From: an uncultured Bacteroidales bacterium | Lineage (GTDB): Bacteria; Bacteroidota; Bacteroidia; Bacteroidales; VadinHA17 | Direction: 5' to 3' | Assembly: GCA_963840965.1 (NCBI GenBank) | Contig: CAWJAW010000003.1 | Coordinates: forward strand, 269,714-333,713 | DNA: 64,000 nt | Shown here: piece by piece, positions 45,030 through 53,793 of the stretch | Layout: each line of letters starts with the position of its first letter | Numbering within the stretch: position 1 is the first letter of the stretch | Program-made: the position numbers and the translations under genes | The notes under the pieces: model-generated | Databases searched by the model: none | Told to the model about the DNA's origin: nothing | Seen by the model: only the letters and a program-made list of their open reading frames with translations

Positions 45030-45089
45030 GTTGAAAAAAGTAAAGAAGAAGACCCCTGCCTGCATGCTGGCGCAGCCAGTCAGGCAGGG
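45030..45089 (-). terminator. compound hairpin plus T-rich tail ending the his operon
   Basis: CCCTGCCTG...CAGGCAGGG with inner CTGGC/GCCAG. It is followed on the minus strand by GTCTTCTTCTTTACTTTTTT. Confidence 0.55.
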
Positions 45090-45254
45090 AAGGCCGAAGA
45101 CCGAAGACGGAAGAAGTTATGCCAGTTTTGCCAGTTCTGCGGGTTCTGCCGGTCGTTTATCATCACGGATGGTAGCTGAAAGCTCTGCGCCCTGTGCTCT
45201 GCGCCCTGTGCTCTGCGCCCTGAGCCCTGAGCCCTGAGCCTTGCGCCTTGCGCC
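45089..45254. repeat. composite short-tandem-repeat block in the his operon 3-prime region
   Basis: In order: (GAAGRCC-type heptamer)x4, (TGCCRGTTY nonamer)x4, (CTCTGCGCCCTGTG 14-mer)x2.5, (GCCCTGA)x3, (GCCTTGC)x2. The block runs up to the hisIE stop codon. Confidence 0.85.
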
Positions 45255-45851
45255 TTATTTCCCCTTATGCCGTTCTCTCAGTACTTCTTCAACATCTTCA
45301 AAAGCAACATTCTTCTTTTTCAGAAGAATAAGAAAATGGTATAACAGATCCGCCGCTTCATTTTTGAACAGGTCGATATTGTCATCCTTGGCTTCAATGA
45401 CCAGTTCCACTGCTTCTTCACCCACTTTCTGAGCTACTTTGTTTATTCCCTTTTTGAAGAGTTTGTTAGTGTAGGAACCTTCTGCATTGCCATCAATTCG
45501 TTTACTGATTATATCTTCAAGGTGGTAGACAAAGCCTTTTGAAACCTCCTCACCAAAGCACGAAAGACGTCCGGTGTGACAGACAGGTCCTGCCGGATCG
45601 ACCATGACAAGCAGGGCGTCATTGTCGCAGTCTGTTGTTATTTCTTTAACAGTAAGGAAGTTGCCAGATGTCTCCCCCTTGGTCCATAACCGGTTTTTAC
45701 TGCGGCTGAAGAAAGTGACCTTACCTTCCCTGACGGTCTGATCATAAGCCTCTTCATTCATGTAACCGACCATAAGTACCTGTAGCGAATTGTTGTCCTG
45801 GATTATTGCCGGAACAAGTCCGTCCCCTTTTTTGAAGTCAATGTTTATCAT
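45255..45851 (-). CDS. hisIE: bifunctional phosphoribosyl-AMP cyclohydrolase / phosphoribosyl-ATP diphosphatase
   Basis: HisI motifs (CDNDALL, GPVCHTG) followed by a HisE helical domain. Confidence 0.9.
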   Translation of the reverse strand: MINIDFKKGDGLVPAIIQDNNSLQVLMVGYMNEEAYDQTVREGKVTFFSRSKNRLWTKGETSGNFLTVKEITTDCDNDALLVMVDPAGPVCHTGRLSCFGEEVSKGFVYHLEDIISKRIDGNAEGSYTNKLFKKGINKVAQKVGEEAVELVIEAKDDNIDLFKNEAADLLYHFLILLKKKNVAFEDVEEVLRERHKGK

Positions 45852-45924
45852 ATGATTTATTCTAATGCTGTTCTTTTCATTTCAATTCCCGATCTGCATC
45901 TGGCTGAGTACAGTCACCCGGGAT

Positions 45925-46680
45925 TCAGCGTCTTACATTTATTCCTTTGCCGGAAAGGTACTCCTTCAGTTCGGGTATTGGTATTTCCCCGTAGTGAAAG
46001 ATGCTTGCAGCCAAAGCTGCGCTGCAGGTTGTTTTGACAAACACTTCCCTGAAATGTTCCATGGTACCTGCTCCGCCCGAAGCAATAACCGGAATGTTGA
46101 CACTCTTGCTTACCTCCCTTGTCACTTCTATCGAGAATCCGGCTTTTGTGCCGTCGGCATTCATGGATGTGAGAAGTATTTCCCCTGCACCCTGTCTTTC
46201 AGCCCATTTTGCCCAATCAACTGCTCTTAGCGGGGTGGGAGTGTTACCGGCATCAATGTAAACCATCCAGTCACTGCCGGTGAACCTGGTGTCAATTGCC
46301 ACCACCACGCACTGGCTTCCAAACCTTCTGGCAATATCTGTTATCAGACCCGGATTCTTGAAAGCAGAGGTGTTTATGCTGACCTTATCAGCACCGGCGC
46401 TTATGAGCAGGGCAGCATCATCGATGGTTGATATGCCTCCGCCGACTGTGAAGGGCAGGTTGATTTCAGCGGCTATCTTCCCGACAAGTTCAGAAAAGGT
46501 TTTTCTTTTCTCGATTGTTGCAGTGATATCGAGGAACACAAGTTCATCGGCACGCTGTTCCACATATTTCTTTGCGAGTTCCACAGGATCGCCGGCATCG
46601 CGGATATCCACGAAATTAACACCCTTGACGGTGCGTCCTTCCTTTATGTCGAGACACGGTATTATTCTTTTCTTCAGCAT
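45925..46680 (-). CDS. hisF: imidazole glycerol phosphate synthase cyclase subunit
   Basis: [17 protein letters not shown] and ASGGAG motifs. Confidence 0.9.
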   Translation of the reverse strand: MLKKRIIPCLDIKEGRTVKGVNFVDIRDAGDPVELAKKYVEQRADELVFLDITATIEKRKTFSELVGKIAAEINLPFTVGGGISTIDDAALLISAGADKVSINTSAFKNPGLITDIARRFGSQCVVVAIDTRFTGSDWMVYIDAGNTPTPLRAVDWAKWAERQGAGEILLTSMNADGTKAGFSIEVTREVSKSVNIPVIASGGAGTMEHFREVFVKTTCSAALAASIFHYGEIPIPELKEYLSGKGINVRR

Positions 46681-47387
46681 AAGCGGGCAATATCTTTAAG
46701 GTCAAGAATTCCTTCGTAAAGCGCTTTGCCTACAATGGCTCCCTCACAGCCGATAGCAGACAGTGTTTCGAGGTCACCGACGGAGCTTATTCCACCGCTG
46801 GCAATCAGGTTCAGTCCAGGTATTCCGAGAATCTCGCGGTAAAGGTCGGTCGATGGTCCCTGCAACATGCCATCCTTCTCGATATCAGTGCAGATTGCAT
46901 ATTTGAATCCCCTTTCCCTGTACCATGTTATGAAACCAATGATATCCGAACCGGAATTCTCAGTCCAGCCTTCTGTGGCAACATTCCGGTTAACCGAATC
47001 AGCTCCGAGGATTATTTTGTCTTCTCCCCATTCCATTAGCCATTCAAGTACCAGCGGCCTGTTGGTCACCGATATGCTTCCGCATGTGACCTGGCTTGCA
47101 CCTGCGCTGAAAGCATTCTCCAGATCGTCAGAAGAACGGATGCCTCCGCCGAAGTCTATTTTCAGGGAGGTTGCCGATGCTATCTTTTCAAGGATCCCAA
47201 GGTTGGTAATGCGCTTGTTCCGGGCTCCGTCGAGGTCGACCAGGTGGATGTATTCAATACCATGATCCCCGACCTGGCGGGCCACTTCAAGCGGATCGCT
47301 GCTGTATACCTTTTTTGTCGAGAAATCTCCCTTTGAAAGCCTTACACATTTGCCACCCATAATATCCAGAGCTACTATAATTCTCAT
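46674..47387 (-). CDS. hisA: ProFAR isomerase
   Basis: [16 protein letters not shown]...VDLDGA...SGGIS, 237 aa. Confidence 0.9.
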   Translation of the reverse strand: MRIIVALDIMGGKCVRLSKGDFSTKKVYSSDPLEVARQVGDHGIEYIHLVDLDGARNKRITNLGILEKIASATSLKIDFGGGIRSSDDLENAFSAGASQVTCGSISVTNRPLVLEWLMEWGEDKIILGADSVNRNVATEGWTENSGSDIIGFITWYRERGFKYAICTDIEKDGMLQGPSTDLYREILGIPGLNLIASGGISSVGDLETLSAIGCEGAIVGKALYEGILDLKDIARLC

Positions 47388-47962
47388 AGTTCAAGGAAAT
47401 TTCTTAGTATCCTTTCCCCGGTATCCGCCGATTTCTCGGGGTGGAACTGGACGGCATAAAAATTATCCCTGTGCATTGCAGCGCTGAAGGGCAGAACGTA
47501 GTCGCAGATAGCAAGGGTGTAATCCGAAATCTCAGCATAGTAACTGTGGACATAATATACATCTTCATCGGCAGTAATGTTCCTGAACATGGTACCTTTC
47601 AGCGCCGAGAAATTGTTCCAGCCCATATGAGGCACTTTGTCGAAAGGTGGAAACTTCTTTACCGCTGCGTCAAAGATTCCAAGGCATTTTACAGATCCTT
47701 CATCCGAATAGTGGCACATCAGATGGAGTCCCAGGCATATTCCAAGAACCGGCTGCCTGAGAGACAGAATGAGTTTATCGAGTTCTCTCTCTGCAAGGTA
47801 CTTCATAGCACTTCGCGCCTGACCCACACCGGGAATGATGACCTTTTCGGCGGCAAGAAGTTCCTCCGTATCGTCGGTCACAATTGAATCATATCCCAGG
47901 TGCCTCAGTGCGTTTTGAACCGACTTTATGTTCCCGGCATTGTATTTAAGAAGAGCTATCAT
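47384..47962 (-). CDS. hisH: imidazole glycerol phosphate synthase glutamine amidotransferase subunit
   Basis: GICLG nucleophile elbow and FHPEKS motif. Confidence 0.9.
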   Translation of the reverse strand: MIALLKYNAGNIKSVQNALRHLGYDSIVTDDTEELLAAEKVIIPGVGQARSAMKYLAERELDKLILSLRQPVLGICLGLHLMCHYSDEGSVKCLGIFDAAVKKFPPFDKVPHMGWNNFSALKGTMFRNITADEDVYYVHSYYAEISDYTLAICDYVLPFSAAMHRDNFYAVQFHPEKSADTGERILRNFLEL

Positions 47963-49047
47963 AGGGTTCCCTTGGTTGATGGCAGAACAAAGCTTCCTGT
48001 TTTTCTGACCGCAGACTTCACTGCCCTGGCAAATGATTTGAATACAGCCTCCACCTTGTGATGATCATTATCACCGCTTGCATGGATGTTCAGGTTGCAC
48101 TTTGCGCTGTCGCTGAATGACTTGAAGAAGTGAAAGAACATTTCTGAAGGTACGCCGCCCACTGCCGGACCTGTAAGGGGAACATCCCAGCTGAACCAGG
48201 GGCGTCCTCCGAAATCAATGGCTGTCTGGGCAAGCGAGTCGTCCATTGGGAGTAGAAAACCGTATCTTTCAATACCTTTCTTGCTTCCAAGAGCCGACAG
48301 GATTCCTTCCCCCAAACAAATTGCGATATCTTCTATGGTATGGTGCTGGTCAACGTTAAGGTCTCCCTTAGCCCTCAACGTAATATCGAAGCCTCCGTGC
48401 CTGGGTATCTGCTCAAGCATGTGATCGAAAAAGCCTATGCCGGTATTGATATTGCATTTCCCCGAACCGTCAAGATTAATCTGAAGTTCGATCGATGTCT
48501 CCTTCGTTAAGCGGGTGACTATTGCAAGCCGGGGCCGGGATTTCAGAAAATTATAGATATCATTCCAGTCGGTTGTATTGTAAAGGGCAAGCGGATCGGG
48601 GTCCTCGTTGAAATATATTGCTCCGCACCCAAGGTTCTGTGACAGCTGCAGATCGGTGATCCTGTCACCTATGACAAAGGACGATGCCAGATCAATTCCC
48701 TGAGCCAGATAACGTGTCAGCATTGCTGTTCCGGGTTTTCTGGTGGGGGCTTTATCTTCGGGCCAGGTACAGTCGATGAATACTTCTGCAAAGACTACAC
48801 CTTCATCCCTTAGTATCTGAAGCATCTTGTTGTGGGAGGGCCAGAACATCTCTTCCGGAAAGGCTTCTGTTCCAAGTCCATCCTGGTTTGTAACCATAAC
48901 AAGTTCGTAGTCTGTCTCCTTCACAATCTTTGACAGGGAGGAGATTGCCCCGGGGATAAACCTGAAATCCTCCAGGCTGTCAGCAAGCCCGTTGGCAGGC
49001 TCCGCCAGTATGGTACTATCCCTGTCAATAAACAATGTTTTCTTCAT
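47959..49047 (-). CDS. hisB: bifunctional histidinol-phosphatase / imidazoleglycerol-phosphate dehydratase
   Basis: HAD N-domain (LFIDRDSTI) plus IGPD motifs (DQHHTIED, GDNDHHKVEA). The start was moved to MKKTLFIDRD at 49047, which overlaps the hisC stop (ATGA). Confidence 0.9.
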   Translation of the reverse strand: MKKTLFIDRDSTILAEPANGLADSLEDFRFIPGAISSLSKIVKETDYELVMVTNQDGLGTEAFPEEMFWPSHNKMLQILRDEGVVFAEVFIDCTWPEDKAPTRKPGTAMLTRYLAQGIDLASSFVIGDRITDLQLSQNLGCGAIYFNEDPDPLALYNTTDWNDIYNFLKSRPRLAIVTRLTKETSIELQINLDGSGKCNINTGIGFFDHMLEQIPRHGGFDITLRAKGDLNVDQHHTIEDIAICLGEGILSALGSKKGIERYGFLLPMDDSLAQTAIDFGGRPWFSWDVPLTGPAVGGVPSEMFFHFFKSFSDSAKCNLNIHASGDNDHHKVEAVFKSFARAVKSAVRKTGSFVLPSTKGTL

Positions 49048-50081
49048 ACGTTGATTTTTCTCAGGGCACTCAGAAGCCTGTCGTTTTCTTTTTTTGTGCC
49101 CACGGTTATCCTGATGCATCCCGGAATTATACGATTCCTGTTCCTGACAATTATGTTTCTGTTTATCAGTTCCGAATAAACCTTGTCGGCGTTACCTGTC
49201 CTGACAAGAAGGAAATTGGAATCGGAAGGAAACACCTTTTCAATGATAGTGATTTTTTCAAGAGCATGAGCGAGCCGTTCCCTTTCTTTTAGAATAAGCC
49301 TGATCCTTGTATTTACCAGTTCAAAGCGTGAAAGGCATTTCACTGCAGCAACCTGATTTATGGTGCTGATATTGTATGGCGGCTTTATCTTATTGAAATA
49401 TCCAACCAGTGCAGGGTTCATGAACGCCATGCCGATCCTGGCTGCCGCCATTCCCATGGCCTTGCTGAATGTCTGCATCACTATCAGGTTCAGCCGGGTT
49501 TCTATCATGCCTTTGAATGACTCCTTCTCCGAAAAATCGCCGTAAGCCTCATCAATCAGGACTATCCCTCTGAAATTCCGTATTATCATTTCGATATCCT
49601 CAGCTCTCATTGAATTTCCTGTCGGATTGTTGGGTGAGCATATGATTACCAGCTTTAGAGACGGATCCTTAAGAGCCTCCATGGTTTTTCCGGTATCGAT
49701 CTGGAAATCATTGTTAAGAGGAACCTTAACCAATCTTACATCATTTATTGCAGCAGTCACCTCGTACATTCCGTACGTGGGAGAGAAGGTCATCGCGCTG
49801 TCGGACCCCGGTTTGCAGAAAATTCTGAAGCACAGATCAATTATTTCATCACTGCCGTTCCCGAGAAAAATTGAATTCTCAGGCACGTTCTTTATCATGC
49901 TTATACCTTCCTTCAGCTTTTTCTGGTAAGGGTCGGGATACCTGTTGAGGCTTCCGAAGGGATTCTCATTTGCATCGAGAAAGGTTCCGTTACTCCCCGT
50001 GAATTCATTTCTGGCGCAGGAATAGGGGGTGAGGGACTTCACATTTTCCCTTACAAGTTTATCGATATCAATCATTTTCAA
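49044..50081 (-). CDS. hisC: histidinol-phosphate aminotransferase
   Basis: Class II aminotransferase with QTFSKAMGMAAARIG. Confidence 0.9.
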   Translation of the reverse strand: MKMIDIDKLVRENVKSLTPYSCARNEFTGSNGTFLDANENPFGSLNRYPDPYQKKLKEGISMIKNVPENSIFLGNGSDEIIDLCFRIFCKPGSDSAMTFSPTYGMYEVTAAINDVRLVKVPLNNDFQIDTGKTMEALKDPSLKLVIICSPNNPTGNSMRAEDIEMIIRNFRGIVLIDEAYGDFSEKESFKGMIETRLNLIVMQTFSKAMGMAAARIGMAFMNPALVGYFNKIKPPYNISTINQVAAVKCLSRFELVNTRIRLILKERERLAHALEKITIIEKVFPSDSNFLLVRTGNADKVYSELINRNIIVRNRNRIIPGCIRITVGTKKENDRLLSALRKINV

Positions 50082-51357
50082 GAGATTTTAGTCTTATTGT
50101 CACTGCATTGGCATGTCCCTTTAGCTGTTCAGCTTCTGCCATCTTTTCAATCACCGGTCCCAGATTCCGGATACCTTCCTGATCGATTTTCTGGAATGTT
50201 ATTTTTTTCACAAACGATTCGGCCGATACTCCGCCATAGCTTCTTGCAAATCCTGCTGTAGGCAATGTGTGATTAGTGCCTGATGCATAATCACCAGCAC
50301 TCTCGCAGCTGTATTTTCCAAGGAACACCGAACCGGCAGAAGTGACCTTTCCGGCAAGTCTGTCAGGATCAGAGGTAGATATTATAAGGTGCTCGGGGGC
50401 ATAAAGATTGCTGAACTCAATGCATTCATCAGTCGAACTGAAAAGAATTGACAGGCTGTTTTCAAGGGCTCTGAGGGCAATATCCTTTCTTGGAAGGAGC
50501 ATCGCCTGCCTTTGGGTTTCGGCCAGTACCTTTTCAGTGATTCCTTCCGAATCGGTCAGAAGTATTACCTGGCTGTCGGTTCCGTGCTCTGCCTGCGAAA
50601 GGAGATCCGAGGCAACAAAGGAAGGATCAGAATCGCTATCCGCGATGATGAGCACTTCACTTGGACCGGCAGGAATATCTATTGCCGTACCCTCAAGCTG
50701 AAGCAAAGCTTTTGCCATGGTTACATATTGGTTGCCAGGACCAAATATCTTATCGACTTTTAGAATTGTTTCTGTTCCTAAGGCCATGGCTGCGATTGCC
50801 TGGGCTCCTCCAGCCCTGTAGATCTGAGTCACGCCTGCCATCTTTGCAGAGTATAATATAAGGGGATTGATATTGCCGTTCCTGTCGGGGGGAGTACACA
50901 GTATGATCTCGGGGCATCCTGCAATGCGGGCGGGGACAGCAAGCATCAGTACCGTTGAAAAGAGCGGTGCTGTTCCTCCGGGGATGTATAATCCGACACG
51001 GTCGATTGGTACACTCTTTCTCCAGCACCTCACCCCCCTGGTTGTCTCAGTTACCGGTTCTTCACGTAGTTGGACCGAATGGAACCTGGTGATATTTTCC
51101 AGGGCGACAGCTATAGCCTCTTTAAGTTCCTCTGTCACAAGGCTGGCTGAGGCTTCAATCTCGGATTCCGGAACTTTCAGGTCCCTTGGTCTGACACCGT
51201 CGAATTTCTCAGCCAGATCACTTAGGGCCCTGTCTCCATCTTCCCTGACATTCTTAATTATTTCAGCCACTTGGTTCCGGAGTTCATGCCTGTTGATCTC
51301 CGGCCGCCGGCATAGTTCCTGCCACCGGCTTCTTTCGGGGAATGAAATCACCTGCAT
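50068..51357 (-). CDS. hisD: histidinol dehydrogenase
   Basis: 429 aa with the SQAEHG motif. Confidence 0.9.
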   Translation of the reverse strand: MQVISFPERSRWQELCRRPEINRHELRNQVAEIIKNVREDGDRALSDLAEKFDGVRPRDLKVPESEIEASASLVTEELKEAIAVALENITRFHSVQLREEPVTETTRGVRCWRKSVPIDRVGLYIPGGTAPLFSTVLMLAVPARIAGCPEIILCTPPDRNGNINPLILYSAKMAGVTQIYRAGGAQAIAAMALGTETILKVDKIFGPGNQYVTMAKALLQLEGTAIDIPAGPSEVLIIADSDSDPSFVASDLLSQAEHGTDSQVILLTDSEGITEKVLAETQRQAMLLPRKDIALRALENSLSILFSSTDECIEFSNLYAPEHLIISTSDPDRLAGKVTSAGSVFLGKYSCESAGDYASGTNHTLPTAGFARSYGGVSAESFVKKITFQKIDQEGIRNLGPVIEKMAEAEQLKGHANAVTIRLKSLEND

Positions 51358-52214
51358 TACAAAATCATTTTTTCGATTGGTATTACAAGTATTCCCTGTG
51401 CACCCGCAATCCTTAACTGATCAATCCTTTCCCAGAATTCATCCTCCTTGACTACGGAGTGGATGCTGCACCAGCCCTTTTCCTCGAGGGGAAGGATGGT
51501 GGGGCTTTTCATGCCCGGAAGTATCTTGCAGATCTCATGCAATGATTCCAGCGGTGCATTCAGAAGAATGTACTTGTTTTCCCTGGCGTTTCTTACTGAC
51601 CTGATCCTGAACAACAGTTTCTCGAGGATATTCTTTTTATCCTGATCAAGGTTTCTGTTTGCTATTATAACTGCCTGACTTTTCAGAAGGACTTCCACCT
51701 CCTTAAGTCCGTTAGTCATAAGGGTGCTTCCGGAGCTTACAATGTCGCAGACGGCTTCGGCCAAACCTATCCCCGGTGCAATTTCAACGCTTCCGCTGAT
51801 CTCTTCAGTAGTTGCCGTCAGATTATTCTCCGCCAGGTAAAGGTTAAGAAGCCTGGGATAGCTGGTTGCCACCTTTTTATTCATGAACCATCCCGGACCT
51901 GTGTACGATTCCTCTTTCGGGATTGCAAGGCTCAATCGGCATTGCGCAAATCCCAGCTGCTCAAGAATTTCCACGTCCCTGTTTTTTTCAAACACTATGT
52001 TTTCGCCGAGGATGCCTATGTCGGCAACCTGTTGTTCGACATACTGGGGGATGTCGTCATCCCGGAGAAACAGAATATCGACAGGGAAGTTTGAAGCACT
52101 TGTCTTGAGGACATCGGTGCCGTTTGAGAATTTGATTCCGCATTCCTGCAGCAGTTTGTGAGAGTTTTCACTAAGCCTTCCCTTTTTCTGGATGGCAATT
52201 TTCAGCCTGTTCAT
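51357..52214 (-). CDS. hisG: ATP phosphoribosyltransferase, long form
   Basis: 285 aa with LKIAIQKKGRL and DIVSSGSTL motifs and a C-terminal regulatory domain. Confidence 0.9.
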   Translation of the reverse strand: MNRLKIAIQKKGRLSENSHKLLQECGIKFSNGTDVLKTSASNFPVDILFLRDDDIPQYVEQQVADIGILGENIVFEKNRDVEILEQLGFAQCRLSLAIPKEESYTGPGWFMNKKVATSYPRLLNLYLAENNLTATTEEISGSVEIAPGIGLAEAVCDIVSSGSTLMTNGLKEVEVLLKSQAVIIANRNLDQDKKNILEKLLFRIRSVRNARENKYILLNAPLESLHEICKILPGMKSPTILPLEEKGWCSIHSVVKEDEFWERIDQLRIAGAQGILVIPIEKMIL

Positions 52215-52247
52215 TTCATTATGGTTTTTTGTCGGGGCATATCGCCG

Positions 52248-52285
52248 GAAAAATAAAAACCCGTCTGATATGCTCAGACGGGTTA
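52248..52285 (-). terminator. intrinsic terminator / candidate His attenuator
   Basis: Minus strand reads AACCCGTCTGA-gcata-TCAGACGGGTTTTTATTTTT. It ends 35 nt before the hisG ATG. Confidence 0.7.
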
Positions 52286-52313
52286 TGATATTTTGATACT
52301 ATTACATATCACT

Positions 52314-52370
52314 TTCATTTCGCCTGAGTGCAGGAGAAAAAATGGTGATGATGTAATTTAATTGATGTCA
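52314..52370 (-). CDS. putative His leader peptide MTSIKLHHHHFFSCTQAK
   Basis: Hand-translated 18-codon ORF with four consecutive His codons (CAT CAT CAC CAT). Its stop lies 28 nt before the terminator stem. Confidence 0.65.
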
Positions 52371-52389
52371 TTTGTTTATAATCTGAAGG

Positions 52390-52397
52390 CAAATATA
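52390..52397 (-). promoter_or_regulatory. TATATTTG, a candidate -7 box for the his operon leader
   Basis: Perfect TAnnTTTG, 19 nt upstream of the leader ATG. Confidence 0.4.
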
Positions 52398-52440
52398 CGA
52401 TTTTTTTAATAATTATCATCATTTCGGTAAAAATCTATTT

Positions 52441-52698
52441 CGCCCCATACGGGGCTTAACGGGTAGTGTGGTTATGCACAACGGGGCGTTGCCCCGCCCT
52501 AAATCATGGCGCCCCTACGGGACTTTTAGTACGAGATGATTTCTGCAAAACGAGTTGCCACCATCTCAGAATCATTGCTTCCCACAGGGGCTGGATTAGT
52601 GATTCGGGCAAGATAAGGCCGTAGGCCGAATAATGATCTAGGGATGGGCGCAGCCCGTCCTTAATGGCCACTCAAGATCCTGGAGCCCCGTAGGGGCG
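52441..52698 (-). repeat. mosaic multi-hairpin repeat, copy B (inverted relative to copy A)
   Basis: The reverse complement aligns end to end with 14624-14884. It lies between the leuB stop and the his promoter. Confidence 0.85.
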
Positions 52699-52711
52699 TC
52701 ATAAAACCCTG

Positions 52712-53773
52712 TTATACCAGATCAGCCACAAGATCGCCAACCTCGGTGGTTGAATATCCCATCTTACCGGCGCCAAGATCTTTCAATTTGCTGGCCGTCA
52801 CATCCATGATTGCATTCTCGATAGCCTGAGCTGCTTTTGCTTCCCCCAGCTGCTCCAGCATCATGCCGCCACAGGCAATTGCTGCAAGCGGATTTATTAC
52901 ATTCATTCCTGTATATTTCGGTGCAGATCCGCCAATAGGCTCGAACATCGAGACTCCTTCAGGATTAATGTTCCCTCCTGCTGCGATCCCCATGCCGCCC
53001 TGGGTTATAGCTCCGAGGTCGGTGATAATGTCTCCGAACATGTTTGTCGTCACAATGACATCGAACCATTCGGGGTTCTTGATCATCCACATGCAGGTGG
53101 CATCGACATGGTAATATTCCCTAAGGATATCGGGATAATCGGCTTGTCCCATTTCATGAAATGCTCTTTCCCAGAGGTCAAAAACATAGGTCAGTACATT
53201 TGTCTTTCCGCAAAGGGCAAGCGTCTTCCTTTTATTTCTTTTTCTTGTAAATTCAAAAGCATACCTCAGACATCTGTCGACAAGAAAACGGTTGTAAACC
53301 ATATTTTGCATTGCAACCTCATGCGCTGTACCCTTCATGGTTACCCCGCCGCTTCCGGTGTAGACATCTCCGGTGTTTTCTCTTACAACTACATAGTCAA
53401 TATGTTCGGGACCTTTGTCTTTAAGCGGAGTGGAAACGCCGGGATACAGTTTTATAGGCCTCAGATTAATATACTGATCAAGTTCAAACCTCAGCCTGAG
53501 AAGAATTCCCTTTTCCAGAATTCCGGGTTTCACATCCGGATGACCGATTGCCCCAAGGAAAATTGAGTCAAATTTCCGGAGTTCCTCGGTGGCTGAATCG
53601 GGCAGGATCTCGCCTGTCCTGAGATATCGGTCGCCTCCGAAATCAAATTCCTCAAAATTGAGATTAAATCCGTATTTACCTGCCGCTGCGCCAAGCACTT
53701 TCCTGCCTTCTCTCACCACTTCCGGTCCTGTTCCGTCACCGGGGATGGATGCAATATTGTATGTCCTGTTCAT
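52712..53773 (-). CDS. leuB: 3-isopropylmalate dehydrogenase
   Basis: 353 aa with [13 protein letters not shown] and NMFGDIITD motifs. Confidence 0.9.
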   Translation of the reverse strand: MNRTYNIASIPGDGTGPEVVREGRKVLGAAAGKYGFNLNFEEFDFGGDRYLRTGEILPDSATEELRKFDSIFLGAIGHPDVKPGILEKGILLRLRFELDQYINLRPIKLYPGVSTPLKDKGPEHIDYVVVRENTGDVYTGSGGVTMKGTAHEVAMQNMVYNRFLVDRCLRYAFEFTRKRNKRKTLALCGKTNVLTYVFDLWERAFHEMGQADYPDILREYYHVDATCMWMIKNPEWFDVIVTTNMFGDIITDLGAITQGGMGIAAGGNINPEGVSMFEPIGGSAPKYTGMNVINPLAAIACGGMMLEQLGEAKAAQAIENAIMDVTASKLKDLGAGKMGYSTTEVGDLVADLV

Positions 53774-53793
53774 TCGGTTAATGTTTCAGATTA

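Noticed and set aside
30799-45254. Tandem repeat arrays considered as possible CRISPR or other spacer-containing arrays.
   Set aside because: The units are 7-16 bp and directly abutting, with no unique spacers. No cas genes are present.
14624-52698. The two inverted mosaic repeats as boundaries of a mobile island or composite transposon.
   Set aside because: The enclosed 37.5 kb is core metabolism and outer-membrane or glycan genes. It has no integrase, transposase, tRNA attachment site or visible compositional break. Recombination-mediated inversion remains possible but is untested.
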